DNA of 64,000 nucleotides from Squalus acanthias. Lineage: Eukaryota. Each line of letters starts with the position of its first letter. The stretch's first letter is position 1. The notes beneath the pieces are model-generated. The model was not told the origin of the DNA and did not search any database. It was given only the letters and a program-made list of their open reading frames with translations. Both the position numbers and the translations under genes were made by a program. Of this stretch, positions 11,396 through 20,874 are shown in pieces. Location of the stretch: positions 4,588,001 to 4,652,000 of the forward strand of contig CM059448.1 of the NCBI GenBank assembly GCA_030390025.1. The letters are read 5' to 3'.

Positions 11396-13554
11396 ACCTG
11401 CAATCTATTGATTTCATCTGAAAAATGGTACGTCTGAGAGCCATATAACACCATCCTTCTATGTCACTGGTGGTAGGATGGGGATTGTGCCTAGAATTCC
11501 CAAATGACAAGTTCCCAATCGTCTTTGTATTTCCAGAGATGGTTAGATGCCAAGTGGAGGTGATTTTTTTCCCCCTTCCCTCCTGCGGGTGTTGCTGGGA
11601 TACAATGCCATGGGCCCCACCACCCTCCTGTACCTCACTTAAGTGCACATTATTCATGTTTAAGCTGTTACAGGCTAGTTGAACAGGTGTGGCATCACTT
11701 TTTTACGCAGTGACTTGTTACGATCTTCCTGAAAGGGCGGTCGAAGCAGATTCAATAGTAACTTTCAAAAGGGAATTAGATATTCACTTTAATGAAAAAG
11801 GAACATTTTGCAGGGCTATGGGGAAAGAGCAAGACTAATTGGATAGCTAACAAACTGGGTTCAGTCTCAGTAGAGCAGTATTTCCACATAGTGCTTTTGT
11901 CCCATAACCTAATTACTTATATCTAATAGATTAAAAAAAAACTCAGTCACTGCAAAAATAGATCTCATTATAAGAGGAATAAAGATTAAATGATTTCTAA
12001 AATTACAGCTAATTGTTTTTGTTACTAATTATTTCCTGACACTGCAGGTTCATGCAGTTATCGAGTTCTGGGACTCAGAACCAGTGAGTGTTGAGCTGCT
12101 GAAGGTCACTTTCTGCTCAACTCCCTCTCCCAGCCCAAGAGACTCCATTAATAAATATCTAAAATGTAGTACAGTTTCTAGAGGGAACAAGCCAGGAAGA
12201 AAGTGATGCATTAGATTGTGACCATAACTGGAGACAATCTCAACCCAATTTCATTTGAATTCTGTGCTGGGAATAGAAAAGTTTCAGGAGGCTTTAAGAA
12301 GAAGTATTAAAAGAAGAAATCAAAGTTACTGATCAAAACTTTTATTTGACTGCGTTGTGAGATCCAGCCAAGCCGCTGCCTGTACGAAGGTTAATGTGAA
12401 TCACTGAGCCGCTTGTCACATTGCAGTTGAAACCTGAAGTCTGGAAATCTCATGCTTCGTTCCAGCTTTTCTCATCATTAAATCGACAAATCTTCTGGTG
12501 GCTGGGAGGAATGGGGAGGAAGTGGATCTGCATCTGACGTGGTACTGAGCCACACAAAGCGGAGGGAGCCAAGGTCTGTGCTGAGATAGCTGATCGTAAC
12601 CCGGATGCTGTCGGTAGCATTAAACGAAAGAAGACTTGCATTTATACAGCGCCTTTCACGACCTCGACAACAACAACCTTGTATTTATATAGCGCATTTA
12701 CCGTAGTCACTCCCCCAGAAGGCTGTGGATGCTGGGGGCCAGTTGAAAAGTTCAAGACTGAGAACGATAGTTTTTTGTTAGGTAAGGGTTATCAAGGAAT
12801 ATGGAGCAAAGGCGGGTAAATTGGAGTTGAGGTGCAGATCAACCATGAACTAATTGAATGGCTCGAGGGGCTGAATGGCCAACTCCTGTTCCTAATGTTG
12901 CTATTTGATTGAGCAGGCCTGTAACACTCGTGTTCGAGCTTACGTGAAGAATGAGCCGTTGGTTGAGGTGCCTGGGTGATGCTGTCAGCACCCGCGGAAC
13001 TAAAGCCCAGCACAAGTCGCTGCCTTCGGAATTAGGATAACTAAAGAGACTGTTCTTAAAAGTGTTCATTGTATTCTGGTCTCCATATTACAAAAAAGGA
13101 TATGGCGGCACTGGAGAAGGTGCACAAAAAGATTCACAAGAATGATACCAGAACTGAGAGGTTATAATCATCAGGAAAAGATGAACCGGCTGGGGCTCTT
13201 TTCCCTGGAAAAGAGTAGGCTGAGGGGGTGACCTAATAACAACAACTTGTATTTATATAGCGCCTTTAATGTAGTAAAACGTCCCAAGGCGCTTCACAGG
13301 AGTGTTATAAGACAAAAAATTTGACACCGAGCCACATAAGGAGAAATTAGGACAGGTGACCAAAAGCTTGGTCAAAGAGGTAGGTTTTAAGGAGCATCTT
13401 AAAGGAGGAAAGAGAGGTAGAGAGGTTTAGGCAGGGAATTCCAGAGCTTAGGGCCTAGGCAGCTGAAGGCATGACCGCCAATGGTTGAGCGATTATAATC
13501 AGGGATGCTCAAGAGGGCTGAATTAGAGGAGCGCAGATATCTCGGTGGGGGGTT

Positions 13555-14020
13555 GTGTCAGCTGTGGCTCAGTTGGTAGCACATTCGCCTCTGAGTCAGA
13601 AGGTTTTGGGTTCATAGTCCCACTCCAGGGACTTGAACATATAAAGCTAGGCTGACACTTCAGTGCAGTGCTGAGGGAGTGCCGCACTGTTGGAGGTGCC
13701 GTCTTTCGGATGAGACGTTAAACCGAGGCCCCATCTGCTCTCAGGTGGACATAAAAGATCCCACGGCACTATTTCAAAGATGAGTCGGGGAGTTATTTCC
13801 GGAGTCCTGACCAATATTTATCCCTCAACCAACATAACAAAAACAGATTATCTGGCCATTATCACATTGCTGTGTGTGGGACCTTGCTGTGGGCAAATTG
13901 GCTGCTGCGTTTCCCACATTACAACAGTGACTCCACTCCAAAAGTACTTCATTGGCTGTAAAGCGCTGAGACATCCAGTAGTTGTGAAAGGCGCTATACA
14001 ATTGCAAGTCTTTCTTTTTT
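13555..14020 (+). mobile_element. SacSINE1-like DeuSINE, full length, nested in the L2
   Basis: tRNA head, Deu core and tail; L2 sequence resumes on both sides. Confidence 0.85.
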
Positions 14021-14423
14021 GTGGGACTGGAGGAGATGACAGAGATAGGGAGGGGCAAGGCCATGGAGGGATTTGAAAACAAGAACGAGAAATTTGAAAT
14101 TGAGGCGTTGCTTAACCGGGAGCCAACGTACATCAGCGAGCACAGGGGTGATGGGTGAACGAGACTTGGTGCGAGTTGCAACACGGGCAGCCGAGCTTTG
14201 GATCACCTCAAGTTTACGTAGGGTGGAATGTGGGAGGCCAGCCAGGAGTGCGTTGGAATAGTCACGTCTAGAGGTAACAAAGGCATGGATGAGGGTTTCA
14301 GCAGCGGATGAGCTGAGGCAAGGGCGGAGACGGGCGATGTTGCGGAGGTGGAAATAGGCGGTCTTAGTTATGCTGCGGATATGTGGTTGGAAGCTAATTT
14401 CAGGGTTAAATATGACACCAAGG

Positions 14424-15180
14424 TTCTCTTCCCACTGTCCAGGGCCCCAAACACCCCTTCCAGGTGAAACAGCGATTTACTTGTACTTCCTGCAATTTAG
14501 TATACTGTATTCGCTGCTCACGATGTGGTCTCCTCTACATTGGGGAGACCAAACGCAGATTGGGTGACCGCTTTGCGGAACACCTCCGTTCAGTCCGTAA
14601 GGGGGACCCCGAGCTCCCGGTGGCCTGTCACTTTAATTCTCCGCTCCACTCCCATTCTGACCTCACCGTCCTCGGCCTATTACACTGTTCCACGGAAGCT
14701 CAGCATAAGCTCGAGGAACAGCACCTCATCTTTTGTTTAGGCATCCTACAGCCCTCTGGACTCAATATCAAGTTCAACAATTTCAGATCATAACCTCAGC
14801 CCCTATAACATTTATATTTTATTTTTTCATCCACCCTTTTGTTTGGCCCGCCCTTTTTTTTTTGCTTTTCCTCCCAGAAGCTGGCAGCTGTCCTTCATTC
14901 TGCCAGTGCATTTCACACTTCTTTTAGCCTCAACCTGTCACATTAACACCTCCTCTTGCCTTGATCATCTCTTAATGTCTCTTAATGTCTCTTAATCTCT
15001 CCTTTTGTTCTTTCATCCCCTCCCCCTTTTCCCAGCTTTATCCTTGCTTTAAATCTATTTCATTTCCTGCTTTTTTCCAGTTCTGACGAAAGGTCTTCGA
15101 CCTGAAACGTTAACTCTGTTTCTCTCTCCACAGATGCTGCCTGGCCTGCTGAGTTTTTCCCAGCGTTTTCTGTTGTTATT
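14424..15180 (+). mobile_element. 5'-truncated Penelope-like retroelement (GIY-YIG plus pLTR, no tail), nested in the L2
   Basis: ORF 14464-14793 NLVYCIRCSRCGLLYIGET; close paralog of 10669-11395; L2 rejoins as ACACCAAGGTT|GTGAACAG. Confidence 0.9.
15079..15115 (+). ncRNA. Minimal type I hammerhead ribozyme with an intact core
   Basis: Stem I AGTT/AACT, CTGACGA core, stem II AGGTC/GACCT, GAAA, palindromic stem III AACGTT; predicted cleavage after GUU at 15111. Confidence 0.75.
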
Positions 15181-15859
15181 TGTGAACAGTGGGGTTCAGC
15201 TCAGACAGATGTTAGGGAGAGGGATGGAGTCAGTGGCTAGGGAACGGAGTTTGTGGCGGTTACCGAAAACAATGGCTTCGGTCTTCCCAATATTTAATTG
15301 GTGAAAATTTTTGCTCGTCCAGAACTGGATGTCAGACAAGCAGTCTGACAATTTAGAGACCGCGGAGGGGTCGAGAGAAGTGGTGGTGAGGTAGAGCTGG
15401 GTGTCATCAGCGTACATTTGGAAACTGACAGTGTTTTCAGATGATGTCGCCAAGGGGCAGCATGTAGATGAGAAATAGGAGGGGGCCAAGGATAGATCCT
15501 TGGGGGACACCAGAAGTAACGATGCGGGAGCGGGAAGAGAAGCTGTTGCAGCTGATTCTCTGGCTACGATTAGATAGATAAGAATGGAACCAGGCGAGTG
15601 CAGTCCCACCCAGCTGGATGACGGTGGAGAGGCGTTGGGAGAAGGATGGAGTGGTCAACCGTGTCAAAGGCTGCAGACAAGTCAAGAAGGACGAGGAGGG
15701 ATAGTTTACCTATGTCACAATCACAAAGGATGTAATTTGTGACTTTGATGAGAGCCGTTTCGGTACTGTGGCAGGGGCGGAAACCGGATTGGAGGGATTC
15801 ACACATGGAGTTGCAGGAAAGATGGGCACGGATTTGGGAGGCGACAACATGTTCAAGGA

Positions 15860-16102
15860 ATAACAACAGAAAACGCTGGAAAAACTCAGCAGGCCAGGCA
15901 ACATCCGTGGAGAGAGAAACAGAGTTAACGTTTCAGGTCGAAACCCTTCGTCGGAATTCGTCGGATGGGTTCCGACGAAGGTCTTCGACCTGAAACGTTA
16001 ACTCTGTTTCTCTCTCCACAGATGTTGCCTGGCCTGCTGAGTTTTTCCAGCGTTTTCTGTTGTTATTTCGGATTTCCAGCATCCGCAGTATTTTGCTATC
16101 GT
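15860..16102. mobile_element. Penelope pLTR head-to-head foldback with two hammerhead-like motifs
   Basis: ~97-bp inverted arms (15859-15956 / 15970-16067), 35-nt tail, 14-bp TSD AACATGTTCAAGGA at 15846-15859 and 16103-16116. Confidence 0.85.
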
Positions 16103-16399
16103 AACATGTTCAAGGACTTTGGAGAGGAAAGGGAGGTTGGAGATGGGGCAGTAGTTTTCGAGGACGGAGGAGTCAGGGGTTGTTTTTTTGAGAGGGGTGA
16201 TGACAGCAGATTTGAGGGAGAGGGCGACAATACCTGAGGAGGTCTAATAGGTCTTTAACATTAAAAAGGGGTTTGATAGGGTAGATGTAGAGAAAATGTT
16301 TCCACTTATGGGGCAGTCCAAAACTAGGGGTCATAAATATAAGATAGTCATTGATACTGCAGAAGATATAATTCAGGGGGTTTACATGTGTTAAAGCGA

Positions 16400-16650
16400 G
16401 GCCATAAAAGATCCCATGGCCACTATTTTGAAGAAGAGCAGGGGAGTTCTTCCCGGTGTCCTGGCCAATATTTATGCCTCAACCAACATCACTAAAAAAG
16501 ATTATCTGGTCATCATCATATTGCCGTTTGTGGGATCTTGCTGTGGGCAAATTGGCTGCCGCGTTTCCTACATTCCAACAGTGACTGTAAAGTGTTTTGG
16601 GATATCTTGAAGTTGTGATAGGTGCTATAGAAATGCAAGTCTTTCTTTAT
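16400..16650 (+). mobile_element. SacSINE1-like DeuSINE, 3' half
   Basis: AAAAGATCCCATGGC... through the GCAAGTCTTTCTTT tail. Confidence 0.8.
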
Positions 16651-16699
16651 GTAGTTGTATCAAATTAAAATAGTAAAGATCTGACTCCTCCCATGTGGT

Positions 16700-17047
16700 G
16701 CTGGAGGATATGGACAAGGATGATCCCGAGCTCGGTATCCAGCCTGTGCTGCGTTAGTTTGGCAGCCGTGGAAGTACGGTTGGTACAGCTTGCCTCAGTG
16801 CCAATGGGGCAGTAAGGGGACAAACTCAGGTGGGTGGCGCAGGTTCCTGCTCCTGATCGCCACCTTGTGACATTTGCTGGAAGGTGCCGGGACAGCAGGT
16901 GGGAACTCTATGACAGTCTACGCTCACCGTCTCGGCTCACACGTGAAGAATGGGTTCACTGGATGAGGTGCTGTAGGGCAGCTGGCCCCTGTGGGTCCCG
17001 TATCCCAGTGAGCAGTCTGTGCCCTCGAGACAGAGGGGGGGGAAAAT
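16700..17047 (+). mobile_element. Old unclassified SINE-like repeat
   Basis: Shares GGCTCAC..GTGAAGAATGG and CTCCTGAT motifs with diverged copies at ~26700-27010 (-), ~34945-35130 and ~36445-36740. Confidence 0.5.
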
Positions 17048-17673
17048 CTGACCTCTTGTCAATTTATTGAAAATATTTATTTCCAATCCTGGATATTATG
17101 AGCAGAAAGAGCTATGTCAAGATGTAATAGACAGGGTAATCCTCACAGTGCGTTTCACTGGGATATCCATCAATCAACTGACAGTGTCATTACCCCCCCA
17201 ATACGTCCCATTCAGGTAGAGAGAACTAATGTCCTGAATCAGATTTAATGAACCTCGGATCCTCTCTGACCAGCGATCTTGATTTACATCCGGGCTTTAA
17301 TTTCTACCCAGCGTTCGAGATTGAGGAAGCAGCTGGGCCGCTGAAGGGAACCGAAACTTCCTGAGCAGCTGAGAGTGCACGATTACCCCTTGCACTGCCA
17401 ATCTCAGCTTCCATCTGCCACATGCTTTATTTCCTCTCCCTCTCTTTAAGGTCTGTTTACATCCTGCACCGTTCTCCAGCCAAAGGGAGGGGCAGTCAGG
17501 CCACCGCTGCCCAGGCACCTCTCACTCCCGCTTCATTTTTATGGGCTATTTCTTGGGTTTCCCCACTTTTCTCCTGTAATTCTTGTTTGACACCTCTGCC
17601 CCAGAGCGAATGGCTTGCTCCCTAGTTGCCGACGCCCTGGCCGCTGGGAGATCTCCAATTTTCCCCAACTTAG

Positions 17674-18412
17674 GTGTCAGCCGTGGTTCAGTGGGTAGCA
17701 CCCTCGCCTCCAAGTCAGAAGGTGGTGGGTTCAAGTCCCACTCCAGGGACGTGAGCACTTAAAATCCAGGCTGGGAGTGCGGCAGTGTAGGAGGTGCCAT
17801 TTACCCTCCCCGGTGGACGTAAAAGATCCCATGGCACTATTTCGAAAAGCAAGGAAGTTCCCCCTGGTGTCCTGGCCAATATTTATCTCTTAAACATCAA
17901 TAAAACAAATTAAATGATCATTGTCTCATTAGAATCATAGAACTGTATGGCTCAGAAGGAGGTCATTCAGCCCATCGTGTCTGTGGCAGCTGAAAAAGTG
18001 CTATCCAACCGTATCCCACTTTCCAGCTCTTGGTCCGTAACCTTACAGGTTATGGCACTTTAAGTGCATATCCAAGTACTTTTTAAAATGTGATGAGGGT
18101 TTCTATGCCTTGGCCACCCTTTCAGTGAGTTCCAGATACCCACCACCCTGTGGGTAAAAAAAAGTTCTCAACTCCCCTCTAATCCTTCTACCAATTATTT
18201 TAATTCTATGCCTGCTGGTTATTGACCTTTCTGCTAAAGGACATAGGTCCTTCCTATCTACTGTCTCGGCCCCTCAATTTTAGATCATTGCGCTTTGTGG
18301 GAGCTTGCTGTGTGCAAATTGGCTGCCACGTTTCCTACATTACAACAGTGACTACACTTCAAAAGTACTTCATTGGCTGTAAAGCGCTTTGGGACATCCT
18401 GAAGTGCTATAT
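17674..18412 (+). mobile_element. SacSINE1-like DeuSINE interrupted by an antisense CR1 3' end (~17930-18283)
   Basis: SINE head at 17674, tail resumes at ~18284; the insert begins with the TAGAATCATAGAA CR1 tail repeat. Confidence 0.75.
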
Positions 18413-20023
18413 AATTTTTAATCAATCTTCAAATGACTTTATAAACTGCAGCAACGCAAAGAAAGTGGAACTGAAACTGTACAAGTCCCAGCAATTATCT
18501 GAGGTGGGGGAACCAAAATATGTATCACCCTAGGATCTGCCCTTTCCCGCTCCTCACCTCACCAGAGACCGAGACACCAAACTATTAAGTGTAGCACGGC
18601 AATTAATACCAATACCTGCAATTTATATATCACCTGATCACATCTCAATGCACTTAATGAATTACTTTGTAGGGACGGTCATGTAGCGAAATGTGGCTGT
18701 TACTCTGCACCAGTATTGTCCCATAAACGAGATGAATGCTGTTATTTGTTCCTCTAAAACATCAACCAGTCCGTATTTGAGCTAGAACTTGAGTGATGTG
18801 TGCGCGTGTGTCTAAGCTGCGGGCGTGTCTCGCTTGAGGAATGTATGACTGATGTCAACCCACTGCACCAGCCACGCCCCAACAATTATTTCTGTGTTTG
18901 AAGACTATGCTGACCAGCTGCGCATGCAATCCTAGTTTATGACTAAGTCTTGCCAACAGAGGAGGAAAGTGAGATGACTGTCTCGAGAGCCGCCAGGGTC
19001 ACATCACAGTAAGGGAGCAGATTAGGACCTCACCAGTGCCATATATAGCGGGATCTTAGAGGATTTCACCACAGAATAATCATTGGTTAAGCCTGCAAAA
19101 ATCACCATTACCCACGACAAATAAGAGTTCCTTTGCTCCTCGGCTGGAGGTGCTAATGCCCTCTGGTATCTCACCCAAGGGATCATCACGTGAGAGGTGT
19201 CAGCACGTATTTGCACGCACACCACTCCTACTCAGTCAACATATCCACATACATTTTTCAGCTGAATTTGGTAGAAAAAGACTCGAGTGGCAACCTGATA
19301 GGAGGTCCTCAAAGATTATGAACGGGTTTGACAGAGAAGATGTTTCCACTTGCAGGTGAGAGCAGAACTGGGGGCTGTAAATGTAAGAGTCACTAACAAA
19401 TCCAAAAGGGAATTCAAGAGAAACGTCTTTATCCAGAGAATGGTTAGAATATGGAACTTGGCGTAGTTGAAATCAATAGCTTAGATGCAATTAAGTGAAA
19501 GCTAGATAAGCACAAGGGAGAAAAGAATAGAAGGATATGCTGATAGTGAAATGAAGGGTAGGAGGAGGCTTGTGTGGAGCATGAACAGCAGCAGTGACTT
19601 GTTGGGCCAAATGGCGTGTTTCTGTGCTGTACTCCAATTCTTTGTAATAATCAGTGGCAGGAGTCCCATTGATTTTCCTGCCCTAAATCAAAGATACTGG
19701 AGCTAATTTTAAGTGTCCTCAGCTTGGCTCAGTAATACCAATCTCAGCCAGAAGGTCATGGTTCAAACCCAACTTCGGGGGACTTGAAACAAATAACCTG
19801 AGTTGACGATTCAGTGCAGGACTGGGTGCAGTATTGTCAGGGGAGATATTAAAACATTCCATCTGTGTGTTCTGGCAGATGTAAAACATCCCATTACAGA
19901 AGGATCCTGGCTAACATTCATCCCTTAATCTAAACATGCGGAGATGCCGGTGTTGGACTGGGGTGGACAAAAAAGGGAGAAGTCGCACAACACCAGGTTA
20001 TAGTCCAACAGCTTTATTTGAAA

Positions 20024-20060
20024 TCACAAGCTTTCGGAGCGCTGCTCCTTCGTCAGGTGA
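20024..20060 (-). ncRNA. Minimal type I hammerhead ribozyme, intact
   Basis: TCAC-CTGACGA-A-GGAGC-AGC-GCTCC-GAAA-GC-TT-GTGA: perfect stems I and II, palindromic stem III AAGCTT. Confidence 0.75.
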
Positions 20061-20837
20061 AGTGAAGAAATACATATGGGCACAGCATATATAGTCAGAG
20101 AATACTGCCAGACGACTAGTTAATCTTTCTAACTGCCCTTTATCACACCTCGGCAGAGACAATCCCGGCAATCACAGGTGCGGATGGTGTCCAAACAGGT
20201 CAGTCAGGAAAACATTACATCAAAGACAATAGCAAAATAAAACAAAGACAATGAGGTGGGGTCACAAGGGGTCAAATGTGGCAGATGCTGCAGGTCTGTA
20301 TGGAAAACAAGAAACTTTAAACTTTTTACTTTTTGCTGGAAATCACAGCAGGTCCAGGCCGCATCTGTGTAGAGAGAACAAGCCAACGACGACTTGAGTC
20401 TGGATACTCTACGTCAGGTGGGGTTACATGTAGCATGACATGAACCCAAGAACTGGGATCTTGGGTTCATGTCACCCCACCTGATGTAGAGTCATCCAGA
20501 CTCAAGTCGTCGTTGGCTTGTTCTCTACACAGATGCGGCTGGACCTGCTGTGATTTCCAGCAAAAAAAGTAAAAAGTTTCAAGTTTCTTGTTTTCCATAC
20601 AGACCCAGCATCTGCCACATTTGACCCCTTGTGACCCCACCTCATTGTCTTTGTTTTATTTTGCTATTGTCTTTGATGTAATGTTTTCCTGACTGACCTG
20701 TTTGGACACCATCCGCACCTTTGATTGCCGGGATTGTCTCTCTGCCGAGGTGTGATAAAGGGCAGTTAGAAAGATTAACTAGTCGTCTGGTAGTGTTCTC
20801 TGACTATATATGCTGTGCCCATATGCATCTCTTCACT

Positions 20838-20874
20838 TCACCTGACGAAGGAGCAGCGCTCCGAAAGCTTGCGA
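20838..20874 (+). ncRNA. Minimal type I hammerhead ribozyme, intact core with one stem I mismatch
   Basis: TCAC-CTGACGA-A-GGAGC-AGC-GCTCC-GAAA-GC-TT-GCGA. Confidence 0.7.

Larger units (their letters stand above)
13239..16243 (-). mobile_element. 5'-truncated L2-type LINE carrying three nested insertions
   Basis: RT motifs [48 protein letters not shown]; 3' tail at 13239; TSD CTAATA at 13233-13238 and 16244-16249. Confidence 0.88.
13065..16350 (+). mobile_element. CR1 LINE 3' fragment (13065-13238 and 16244-16350) split by an L2 insertion
   Basis: CR1 ORF2 C-terminal sequence (GLFSLEK.RLRG.DLI..F.I.KGFDRVD) continues across the insertion. Confidence 0.7.

Noticed and set aside
11068-11454. 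GIY-YIG ORF as a host gene or domesticated nuclease
   Set aside because: Its N-terminal part is flanking DNA outside the TSD; the domain lies within a truncated Penelope element that has a second copy nearby.
13555-13630. tRNA-like sequences (also ~1925-1995, 9015-9087, 17674-17745)
   Set aside because: They are SINE heads continuing into the Deu core, not complete tRNA genes.
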